Shown here one piece after another: positions 1-9,153 of a stretch of 10,857 bases of DNA. Origin of the DNA: Terrimicrobiaceae bacterium. Its GTDB lineage: Bacteria; Verrucomicrobiota; Verrucomicrobiia; Chthoniobacterales; Terrimicrobiaceae. The position numbers and the translations under genes are program-made. The stretch covers positions 1-10,857 of the forward strand of contig JBIIPZ010000065.1 of the NCBI GenBank assembly GCA_044342325.1, in the 5' to 3' direction. Each line of letters starts with the position of its first letter. Position 1 is the stretch's first letter. The notes below the pieces were generated by a model, which saw nothing but the letters and a program-made list of their open reading frames with translations, did not search any database and was not told the origin of the DNA.

Positions 1-1466
<1,466 letters not shown>

Positions 1467-2684
1467 TTAAAAAAGCAGGCTTGTGGGTGACTCTAGGCTT
1501 TTGCGGATCGTGGCGAGGAACTCCGCGCCTGCTGCGCCGTCCACAACACGATGGTCGCCGCTAAGCGAAATCGTCATCCGCTGACCGGCGACGATTTGAT
1601 CCTGTGCGTTGACGACAGGTTTTTTCACAATCGCCCCGACTGCGAGGATGGCGGCCTGTGGTGGATTGATGATCGCGTAGAAGCTGTCAATGCCGTAGGC
1701 ACCGAGGTTTGAGATGGTGAGAGTGCCGCCTTGATATTCCTCGGGTTTGATTTTTTTCGAGCGGGCTCGCACGGCGAGATCTTTCACTGCAGTGCTGATC
1801 TCGCGGAGTGAGAGGTTTTGTGCATCTCGGATGACCGGCGTGATGAGCCCGTCCTCGACGGCGATGGCGACAGAGAGGTTGACGCTTCCGTATTCGACGA
1901 CGGAATCACCTGCGAATGCCGCGTTGACTTTCGGGTGCTGCTTCGCGGCGCGTGCGGCGGCGAGGAGGATGAAGTCGTTCACAGTCACCTTGGCTGTTCC
2001 TGCTGCCTCGGCGGCGGCGTTCAAATCCTTGCGAAGCTTGGCAAGCGGAGCCGCATCGATCTCGATGGTAAGATAGAAATGCGGAATCTGTGTCTTGCTC
2101 GCGAGGAGACGCTCGGCAATCGTCCGGCGCATTCCAGAGAGAGGAGTTTTGGTGTCGGAGTCGGAAAAGGGAACTTCGATGCGAGGTGCTGCGGGAGCGG
2201 CACTGCGCGCTTGTGCCGATGCCGTGGCAGGCACATCTGCAGCGACGATACGGCCTCCAGGACCTGTTCCTTGAACACCTGAAAGATCAACGCCACGCTC
2301 GAGCGCGATTTTCTTCGCGAGAGGAGAGGCCTTGATGCGGGAACCATCTGTCGAGGTCGTTGTCTTTGGTTTCCCAGCTGTCGGAGCGCTCACAGCGGGA
2401 GTGGATGCGGCAGGTGTGGCGGTGGGGTTAGATTTGACGGCGCTTTTCTTGCCGCCTTCGAGGTTGGCGATGGGTTGCCCAACTTTAACGACTCCGCCCT
2501 CCGGGATGAGAATGTCTGTGATGGTGCCATCATCGAAGGCTTCCATTTCCATGGTGGCCTTGTCCGTCTCCACATCGGCTATCACATCGCCAACGGAGAT
2601 TTTGTCGCCGGCTTTTTTGTGCCATTTAATGAGCGTCCCTTCGAGCATCGTGTCGCTCAGTTTGGGCATGGTGATTTGATTCAT
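1467..2684 (-). CDS. pdhC: Pyruvate dehydrogenase E2, dihydrolipoamide acetyltransferase (405 aa, single lipoyl domain)
   Basis: Start reassigned to ATG 2684 (MNQITMPKLSDTMLEG), 17 bp after the pdhB stop. It has the lipoyl motif VETDKATME, an Ala/Pro/Thr linker, a peripheral subunit-binding domain (KASPLAKKIA...GTGPGGRI) and a catalytic domain with DHRVVDG. Confidence 0.97.
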   Translation of the reverse strand: MNQITMPKLSDTMLEGTLIKWHKKAGDKISVGDVIADVETDKATMEMEAFDDGTITDILIPEGGVVKVGQPIANLEGGKKSAVKSNPTATPAASTPAVSAPTAGKPKTTTSTDGSRIKASPLAKKIALERGVDLSGVQGTGPGGRIVAADVPATASAQARSAAPAAPRIEVPFSDSDTKTPLSGMRRTIAERLLASKTQIPHFYLTIEIDAAPLAKLRKDLNAAAEAAGTAKVTVNDFILLAAARAAKQHPKVNAAFAGDSVVEYGSVNLSVAIAVEDGLITPVIRDAQNLSLREISTAVKDLAVRARSKKIKPEEYQGGTLTISNLGAYGIDSFYAIINPPQAAILAVGAIVKKPVVNAQDQIVAGQRMTISLSGDHRVVDGAAGAEFLATIRKSLESPTSLLF

Positions 2685-2701
2685 AGTCGGAATGGATTGT
2701 C

Positions 2702-3676
2702 TTAGCGGATGTGTAGAACTTTTTCGATGATGCGGGCCACGGTGGGGAGTTGGAGATTTTCCAAGGCTGGCGAGTAGATGGCCGGGGCATCGAGTGAGCA
2801 AACGCGTTGCACGGGTGCGTCCAGATCGTCGAAAGCTTTTTCTTGGATCGTCGCGGCGATTTGGGCGGAGACACCGCAGAATGGCTTGTTCTCATCGACG
2901 AGAACGGCTCGGTGCGTTTTGCGAACCGTATTCAGGATGGCTTCCTCGTCCAGCGGGCGGATTGAACGGAGATCGAGAACCTCGGCGTTGATGTCATGCT
3001 CAGCGGCGAGAATCTCCGCAGCTTTCAAGGCTGTGATGACTGCGCGTCCGTGGGCGATGAGCGAGACATCGGTGCCTTCGCGCTTGAGGTCGGCGACGCC
3101 GAGCGGTATCACATATTCCTCTTCGGGAACCTCCCAAGACTCGCCGTAAAGAAGGGTATTTTCCATGACGCAGACGGGATCATTGTCGCGGATTGCCGCC
3201 TTCATCAGTCCCTTGGCGTCGTAAGCGGTCGCGGGACAGACGACTTTGAGGCCGGGTGTGTTGGCGATGAAATTTTCAGGCGTGTGCGAGTGGGTGGCAC
3301 CCACATTGGTTCCGCCGTTTGCGGGGCCGCGAATGACGATTGGGCAGTTGATGAGACCGCCACTCATGTAGCGGACCTGACCCGCATTGTTGATGATCTG
3401 ATCCCATGCCACATAGGCGAAGCTCCAGAACATGAGTTCCATCACGGGGCGGACGCCCAGCATGGAGGCGCCGATACCCATGCCGATGAAGCCGGCTTCG
3501 CTAATTGGCGCATCAACCACGCGCTTGTCGCCGAAGCGTTGCCAGAGGCCTTCGGTGACTTTGTAGGCGCCGTTGTATTGAGCCACTTCTTCTCCGATGA
3601 TGACGACATTTTCGTCACGGATGATTTCCTCGGCGAGGGCATCATTGAGGGCTTTGCGGTAGGTGATCAGAGGCAT
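2702..3676 (-). CDS. pdhB: Pyruvate dehydrogenase E1 beta subunit (324 aa)
   Basis: Motifs GEEVAQYNGAYKVT, DAPISEAGFIG, GATHSH and DLRSIRPLD; located between E1 alpha and E2. Confidence 0.97.
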   Translation of the reverse strand: MPLITYRKALNDALAEEIIRDENVVIIGEEVAQYNGAYKVTEGLWQRFGDKRVVDAPISEAGFIGMGIGASMLGVRPVMELMFWSFAYVAWDQIINNAGQVRYMSGGLINCPIVIRGPANGGTNVGATHSHTPENFIANTPGLKVVCPATAYDAKGLMKAAIRDNDPVCVMENTLLYGESWEVPEEEYVIPLGVADLKREGTDVSLIAHGRAVITALKAAEILAAEHDINAEVLDLRSIRPLDEEAILNTVRKTHRAVLVDENKPFCGVSAQIAATIQEKAFDDLDAPVQRVCSLDAPAIYSPALENLQLPTVARIIEKVLHIR

Positions 3677-3719
3677 GTTTGAATTGTTCTAAAAAAAATC
3701 GTTTCGGTCAGGAAATACG

Positions 3720-3738
3720 AGCGCCCAAACCGGGCGGC
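3720..3738. repeat. Intergenic GC-rich inverted repeat between pdhA and pdhB
   Basis: AGCGCCC-AAACC-GGGCGGC, stem CGCCC/GGGCG, about 10 nt past the pdhA stop. Confidence 0.35.
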
Positions 3739-3748
3739 GGCGGATTTG

Positions 3749-4861
3749 TTATTCGCTGAAGAAGTGGCGACCCGTCGAGCCGGCTTCGGTTTTGTTGTCC
3801 ACTTCCCAGTAGACATCCTCAAAAATTGTTTCGGGCGCTGGAGAATCGCTATCAATGGCGAACTGCGCGGCGTTATCTGCCTCTTCCTTGGCGGCTTCGT
3901 CGATCGCCTCGGCTTCGGCCTCTGTGAGCACACCTTCGTCCATGAGGCGTTTTTTCCAGAGGCTGATCGGATCGTGGTGCGTCTTGTAGCGTTCGATTTC
4001 CTCAGGCGAGCGGTATTTCTTGGCATTCGCATCAGCGACCGAGTGGCCATAGTAGCGATAGGTATCGACTTCGAGAACGGTTGGGAGCGATTGCTCGTGC
4101 GCTCGGCGCATGGCATTGGCTGTTTTGGCGCGGACTTCATAGAGATCCTCGCCATTCGCGATATCCCAAACGATTCCGTAACCATCGGCACGCTCGGCTA
4201 GGCAATTTCTCATCGCCGAAGAGCGTTCGAGGGTTGTGCCCATCGAGTATTTGTTGTTCTCAATGACGTAAACAACAGGAAGCTTCCAGAGGGCGGCGAG
4301 GTTGAGGGATTCGTGGTAGGCGCCTTGGTTCACCGCGCCGTCACCCATGAAACAGAGCGCGCAGCCTTTCAGACCTTTGTATTTCAGCCCGTAAGCGAGT
4401 CCCAGACCGAGTGGAGTCTGGCCGCCGACGATTCCGTGTCCGCCCCAGTAGTTCTTATCGGGAGCGAAAAAGTGCATCGAACCGCCCTTGCCACGCGAGC
4501 AACCAGTGGCTTTTCCGAAAAGTTCCGCCATGCATTCATTCATGCCCATTCCCACAGCGAGGGCATGCCCATGGTCGCGGTAGGCCGTGATGACATGGTC
4601 GTTTTTGCCGAGGAGTGAGACTGTTCCCACGGCCACTGCCTCCTGCCCGATGTAGAGGTGGAGGAATCCGCCCATCATGCCTTGGTTGTAATACTTGAGT
4701 GACGTCTGCTCGAAGCGCCGGATGCGGATCATTTCTCTAAAGAATCCAATTTTTTGCTTCGGTTTGAGCGAGGCATTGATTTCCGCGCGGGCGTAGTCTG
4801 CTGGATCTACGGCTACTTCGTCATCGGTCACACTTGGCATAGGGCTTGAGAGTTTGGGCAT
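3749..4861 (-). CDS. pdhA: Pyruvate dehydrogenase E1 alpha subunit (370 aa from ATG 4861; alternative start ATG 4840)
   Basis: Motifs GGFLHLYIGQEA, ITAYRDHG, GKGGSMH, the TPP-binding motif GDGAVNQG...ENN and YRYYGHSVAD. The ORF-track extension to 5107 overlaps the divergent gene and does not resemble E1 alpha, so the start was moved. Confidence 0.96.
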   Translation of the reverse strand: MPKLSSPMPSVTDDEVAVDPADYARAEINASLKPKQKIGFFREMIRIRRFEQTSLKYYNQGMMGGFLHLYIGQEAVAVGTVSLLGKNDHVITAYRDHGHALAVGMGMNECMAELFGKATGCSRGKGGSMHFFAPDKNYWGGHGIVGGQTPLGLGLAYGLKYKGLKGCALCFMGDGAVNQGAYHESLNLAALWKLPVVYVIENNKYSMGTTLERSSAMRNCLAERADGYGIVWDIANGEDLYEVRAKTANAMRRAHEQSLPTVLEVDTYRYYGHSVADANAKKYRSPEEIERYKTHHDPISLWKKRLMDEGVLTEAEAEAIDEAAKEEADNAAQFAIDSDSPAPETIFEDVYWEVDNKTEAGSTGRHFFSE

Positions 4862-4902
4862 GGTGTTAAATGTCGTGCCGGCAGTCCGGACGAACGGCGC
4901 GC

Positions 4903-4931
4903 AGTTTTTCCATTCTCCGCCTGCTTGGCAA
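4903..4931 (-). promoter_or_regulatory. Candidate sigma70-type promoter for pdhA
   Basis: Minus strand TTGCCA (4931-4926), a 17-nt spacer, then AAAACT (4908-4903), about 40 nt upstream of ATG 4861. The -35 matches 5/6 and the -10 only 3/6. Confidence 0.35.
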
Positions 4932-4976
4932 TGCAGAAATACAGGCAGCGGTAGCCTTTTTTTAGTTTCCCCTCGG

Positions 4977-4998
4977 AAGCTCGCATGGTGAGCTTTTT
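4977..4998 (+). promoter_or_regulatory. Hairpin plus T-run directly upstream of the amidotransferase start (operator, attenuator or terminator-like)
   Basis: AAGCTCGC-ATG-GTGAGCTT-TTT: 8-bp stem with one G-U pair, ending 4 nt before ATG 5003. Confidence 0.3.
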
Positions 4999-5002
4999 CT
5001 AC

Positions 5003-5701
5003 ATGAAAAAAGTTCTCTTCATTCAGCACGGGGATGTGGACAAGCCAGGCCTCGTTGCCGAGGTCCTCGATGAACTCAGCATCGAGTTGAGTGTCGTTCA
5101 TCCCCACGCCGACAAGGCGCTGCCGGTTGATGCTGAAGATTTCGACGGTCTCGTGCTCGGTGGCGGTGGACAGAGCGCTTATGAGGTCGGCTTGTATCCT
5201 TATCTCAATTCGGAATGCGAGTTGATTCGATCCGCTTTGGCATCCAAAAAACCGGTTCTCGGTCTCTGTTTAGGTGGTCAGCTGATCGCGCAGGCACTCG
5301 GAGCCAAAGTTCAGCGGGCTGGACGCAAAGAGATTGGTTTGTTTCCTGTGACTCGAACCTCAGATGCTGCGGCGGATCCCTTAGCCCGCGAGCTTCCAGA
5401 AATGTTTTGCGCCGCGCATTGGCACGGCGATGTCTTTGAAATTCCTATCGGCGGCGTGAGGTTGGCATCCACCGCCCTCACTCCGAATCAGATGTTTCGC
5501 TATGGCCGGAGTTGCTACGGATTCCAATTCCATCTTGAAATGACGCCTGCGCTTTTTGAGGAACTGGTTTGGGACTCTCGGGATTATCTCGTGGATTTAG
5601 GCGTCTCGCCGGAGGAGTTGATTCGGGAGGCCGAAGAAGTTTTGCCACTTCTCGAACAACGCGCCCGAGCCGTTTTCAGAAGGTGGACAGAGTTTCTATA
5701 A
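5003..5701 (+). CDS. Stand-alone class I (type 1) glutamine amidotransferase-like protein (232 aa)
   Basis: MKKVLFIQH start, nucleophile elbow PVLGLCLGGQLIAQALG, WHGD and FQFHLE (catalytic His-x-Glu). It has no synthetase domain, so it is not a complete GuaA. ATG 4985 is a less likely alternative start. Confidence 0.92.
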   Translation: MKKVLFIQHGDVDKPGLVAEVLDELSIELSVVHPHADKALPVDAEDFDGLVLGGGGQSAYEVGLYPYLNSECELIRSALASKKPVLGLCLGGQLIAQALGAKVQRAGRKEIGLFPVTRTSDAAADPLARELPEMFCAAHWHGDVFEIPIGGVRLASTALTPNQMFRYGRSCYGFQFHLEMTPALFEELVWDSRDYLVDLGVSPEELIREAEEVLPLLEQRARAVFRRWTEFL

Positions 5702-8038
5702 AGCAGGTTTTTCAAGAGCCTGCTGTGCCGCCGCCTGAAGCTCATTCCAGCGTGGAAATACAGGATCTGCTGCGTGAAGAATGTGCCGCAGGAGACTTCT
5801 CCACTCCAATGTTGCGCGCTCAATATCACCTCGGCGAATAGAGTCTGTTTCTTTTTCCAGAGCGCGCATTCCTCCGCTCCGGTGCAGGGACAAGGCCTCG
5901 GAGGTTCCCTCGCCGAATCCCGGACACAGGCCTCCCTCGAGGTAGCCCTCATGATCCACATGACCATAAATTTCGCGAGCCGCTGCGGCTAGGCGATGGC
6001 TCGGGCCATCGGCGAAATCCATGAAACGCGGGCTGCCCCGGAGGTTTGCTAAGTGTGCGACAATGTCTTCGATTGGATAGGCTGGATCCTCGAGAGCGGC
6101 GGCGACCATCAGGCCCTCGCCTCCCTGAAAACGACTGAAGAGTCGCCCCCGTGAAGTTGGTGCGCCGGACTCATCCACAAGCCCCAGTTTTCGCCAGGCA
6201 TATGCGGCGGATCCGGGGGCGGGGTTAAAGACAGGTGAATCCCCAACCTTGCATAACAAACTCACTCGACGCCTGGGAGCATCGAGGAGTGCGGTGCCGT
6301 CGGGCATGATGAGCGCGCTGACAGGAACATTTGCCAGTGAAAGGCGAGCCATCAGGTTGGGACCATGCCTGACGGTGGAGTGGAAAACACCGGGAGACCA
6401 TTTAGATTCCAATAATGGAATAATATCATGGATCAATTCGGCTTCGGAGAATGTCTCTGCTTTGCCAAGACCGAGGAGTTTTTGAATCCAAGGGAGCGGC
6501 TGAAAATGAGCGGCTGTGGAATGTGCTATAGGCACCTCCTTCCCATAGGCAAAACTCCGCCCATCTGGAATTTTACACGCTCTGCCGCGTGGCAGTAGGT
6601 CGAGGCTGCGAGGTGCGCGCAGCGCGGGAATCCATCGTTCCTTGTGCAGTGCGAGACATTCGCCAAGCGGGCGGGTTTGCTCCACGGCGGATTTGAGTGG
6701 ATGCCAGCAATCGGCCGGGCCACGAAATTCGACTCTCGTCGGACCATGACGCTCGCTGGATTTGGATACTTCAAGGGCGTTTGCCAAATCAGGGGCGATC
6801 TTCTGTCGGCTGAAAAGCCTTTCGCACAAGAGGGCTGCCCGGGCGAGAGGGCTTTTGCCATCGGAGGAGCCCGCTTCCATGACGCGCAGCAAGGTTGGCC
6901 AATCCATCTGGTTCACCCGTCGGAGTTGGCGAGGGGAGGCGTCTAGAAGGCTGGGCAGATTTTGGGTCGTCAGAACAAATCCCCGCTCATCAAGACCTCT
7001 TCGTCCGGCTCGGCCAAACATCTGCAGCAACTCATCGGAGCGGAGTTCGCGTTGGAAACGGGCATCTCCGTAGCTGGTCGAGGTGACCATCACGGAACGA
7101 ACGGAAAAATTGATCCCCGCCGCGAGGCCAGTGGTGGCAACGATGACATGCAGTTTCCCGGCTTTTCCAAGCGGTTCGATCCAATCTGCCCGGGCGGAGT
7201 AGGGGAGGCCGCTATGGTGAAAGGCAACACGGTGCTGCAGAAGCCTGGTAAGGTCGCGGCCGAGCAGGTTTTGATCCTCCGGAGTCATGCGCAGTGGGCT
7301 GTCCAGAGGAAGGGCTGCGGCGATCTGAGTCGCCATTTTTTCCGCATCTCGCCTTCGCGGGGCAAAAAGCAAAAGTGGGGTTAGCCCCGCCAGAACGGCC
7401 GCTGCGGCTACGCGGGGCCAGAAACCGTGCACCGAATCTGGAACACGCGGGAGATTTTCGATAGGGAATTGGTCCAAGGGAACTGGACGATCTTGGACTT
7501 GAATCAACTCCACACGACGCCCGAGTCGTCTCAACCACTCCGCAATATCCGAGGGGTTCCGCACACTGCCACTCAAGAGCAGCAAGCGCGTTGAGGGTGG
7601 AGGAAGCGCCATGGCCATCTCGTAATTCAGCCCACGCTGCGCATCAGCTAGCATCTGGTATTCATCCAGAATCAGAAATCCGGGGGAGTTCCCGCTGAGA
7701 ATGCGCTCACGCTGGGTTTCCAGCGTTGCCACCAGCACGGGAGCCTGAAGGTTCTCCGCGATATCGCCTGTGGCGATCCCGACATTCCATCCGAGGGATT
7801 TCCATTCATGCCATTTGTCGTTTGCCAAGGCACGGGTCGGGACCGTGTAAACAGCCTGTCCCAGACGGGCAGCCTCCGATGTTTTCAAAAAAAGTTCAAA
7901 CACCCGCGTCTTTCCTGCGCCGGTTGGGGCATCAATGATTACATCCGCTCCGCTCTTGAGGTGACGCACAGCATCCTGCTGCCAGAGATCCGGCAAATTC
8001 AACGGAGCAAACGGAACTTGGAAAACGGGGGAGTTCAA
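5696..8038 (-). CDS. Superfamily 2 Ski2/HelY-like DExx-box helicase (about 780 aa)
   Basis: Q-motif-like DLWQQDA, Walker A APTGAGKT, Ia YTVPTRALANDK, GIATGD, motif II LDEYQ, III LSGS, AFHHSGL, V VATTGLAAGINF and VI QMFGRAGRRGLD. The C-terminal LGLVD...PTSRGR segment resembles the winged-helix region of Ski2-like helicases. The TTG start lies 2 nt after the upstream stop, so the exact start is less certain. Confidence 0.9.
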   Translation of the reverse strand: MNSPVFQVPFAPLNLPDLWQQDAVRHLKSGADVIIDAPTGAGKTRVFELFLKTSEAARLGQAVYTVPTRALANDKWHEWKSLGWNVGIATGDIAENLQAPVLVATLETQRERILSGNSPGFLILDEYQMLADAQRGLNYEMAMALPPPSTRLLLLSGSVRNPSDIAEWLRRLGRRVELIQVQDRPVPLDQFPIENLPRVPDSVHGFWPRVAAAAVLAGLTPLLLFAPRRRDAEKMATQIAAALPLDSPLRMTPEDQNLLGRDLTRLLQHRVAFHHSGLPYSARADWIEPLGKAGKLHVIVATTGLAAGINFSVRSVMVTSTSYGDARFQRELRSDELLQMFGRAGRRGLDERGFVLTTQNLPSLLDASPRQLRRVNQMDWPTLLRVMEAGSSDGKSPLARAALLCERLFSRQKIAPDLANALEVSKSSERHGPTRVEFRGPADCWHPLKSAVEQTRPLGECLALHKERWIPALRAPRSLDLLPRGRACKIPDGRSFAYGKEVPIAHSTAAHFQPLPWIQKLLGLGKAETFSEAELIHDIIPLLESKWSPGVFHSTVRHGPNLMARLSLANVPVSALIMPDGTALLDAPRRRVSLLCKVGDSPVFNPAPGSAAYAWRKLGLVDESGAPTSRGRLFSRFQGGEGLMVAAALEDPAYPIEDIVAHLANLRGSPRFMDFADGPSHRLAAAAREIYGHVDHEGYLEGGLCPGFGEGTSEALSLHRSGGMRALEKETDSIRRGDIERATLEWRSLLRHILHAADPVFPRWNELQAAAQQALEKPAL

Positions 8039-8040
8039 AA

Positions 8041-9153
8041 TCAGCGGGCCTCAGGCTGGGGAGGAGCAGATTGTCTGAATCCGGGAGGGGGTTCCGGCCG
8101 TGCGCCGACGCGGATAAGTTCGATTTCCTCCTCGCGGTGCTTGCCAAGATTTATCGCCGAGGCGCTTTGCAACCAGAGAGTCATTTTATCGAGGGAGGGC
8201 AGTCGCGAGGGAATTCGGTTTTCGTTCAGCAGTCGCGCTGCCGTAGCATCGATGGCGACAGGGTCTTTGCTCATAAAGATCGAGTGATGGTCCACGAGGA
8301 AACCGGGATTTGGAAATGGCCCGCCCGCATATTGCAGGACCAGAGCATCAAGGATTGTGAGAACGATTTTACCATGAATCATGGCGTCCGCGTAGATCTC
8401 TGCGAGGTAGGGATCGCCGAAATCCGGCGAGCGAGTGAAGCGTCGCCAGTTGTCGAGATTGGGCAGCGTCATATTCGCCAGCGCGCCGTTCACTCCGGTG
8501 AGAAAACTGTCGGTGAGGGATGGGACATTGATGACCTTGTCCACTTCCTGGCTCAGAACCTTAGCATAATAGCTCGTGCTGCTGAGCTGCTCTCCGCCGC
8601 TGAGCATGTCATCCATCCGCGAACCGGTGCGGTCGCCAAAAGCACTGTCCCCCCAGATCAGGCGGCCGATGACGGGAGCGGTGACTTGTGACTTTTTGTC
8701 GTAGCCGGTGGCGGTATCGACCCACCTCAATCGGTAGAGCGGGTCATTCCGCGAGTAGCCAGCTGCAAGAAGGTCATCGTGGTTGCGATCCCAGACAATG
8801 ATGTTCGACGGCTGCACACCTGCTGAAATGAGCCCCGTTGCTATAGCTTTGACCACGGCTGGATGTGTCCCGCTCACCGCGCCGCCAGACGCTGCAACCT
8901 TAATGCCGACGCGGTCGCTTGCCTTGACGAGAGAGGCCCAGGCCGCAGCTGGGTTGGATTTCCAAGTTGCGGCGCAAACCAAGTTGTCCACCATGCGCCG
9001 GACGACGGCAGGATTCGGAGTGCGGCGCTGCGCGAGGGATGATGTTTCCATCGCATAAAACACCTTCGCCTTCTCGGTCTGCTGAGCGCTCGCCGGCCCT
9101 GCAAAGAACGAGACGAGGAAGAGGATTAATGAAGTGGATTTTAAAAAGCTCAC
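8041..9153 (-). CDS. DUF362 domain-containing protein with a predicted Sec signal peptide (370 aa)
   Basis: N-terminal K plus hydrophobic stretch plus ASA|QQ cleavage-like site. DUF362-like blocks: LVKASDRVGIKV, THPAVVKAI...IIVWDR, DKVINVP, LTILDAL...GGP and SKDPVAIDA. The GTG start overlaps the upstream TGA (GTGA). The family was assigned by recalled pattern, not by a search. Confidence 0.8.
   Translation of the reverse strand: MSFLKSTSLILFLVSFFAGPASAQQTEKAKVFYAMETSSLAQRRTPNPAVVRRMVDNLVCAATWKSNPAAAWASLVKASDRVGIKVAASGGAVSGTHPAVVKAIATGLISAGVQPSNIIVWDRNHDDLLAAGYSRNDPLYRLRWVDTATGYDKKSQVTAPVIGRLIWGDSAFGDRTGSRMDDMLSGGEQLSSTSYYAKVLSQEVDKVINVPSLTDSFLTGVNGALANMTLPNLDNWRRFTRSPDFGDPYLAEIYADAMIHGKIVLTILDALVLQYAGGPFPNPGFLVDHHSIFMSKDPVAIDATAARLLNENRIPSRLPSLDKMTLWLQSASAINLGKHREEEIELIRVGARPEPPPGFRQSAPPQPEAR

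Noticed and set aside
2685..2801. 39-codon N-terminal extension of pdhC in the ORF track
   Set aside because: It overlaps the 3' end of pdhB. The lipoyl domain starts at Met 2684.
1747..4618. Plus-strand and alternative-frame ORFs within pdhA/B/C (e.g. 2996..3682, 3746..4201, 3667..4191)
   Set aside because: They are fully nested in well-supported genes, and their translations have no domain features.
1467..4861. Absence of a dihydrolipoamide dehydrogenase (E3) gene in the pdh cluster
   Set aside because: E3 is often shared among complexes and encoded elsewhere, so this is not unusual.
4925..4945. TTGGCA as a sigma54 -24 element on the + strand
   Set aside because: There is no TTGC/GC -12 element at the required spacing.
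4862..5107. 82-codon N-terminal extension of pdhA in the ORF track
   Set aside because: It crosses the divergent promoter region and the antisense strand of the amidotransferase, and it has no E1 alpha similarity.
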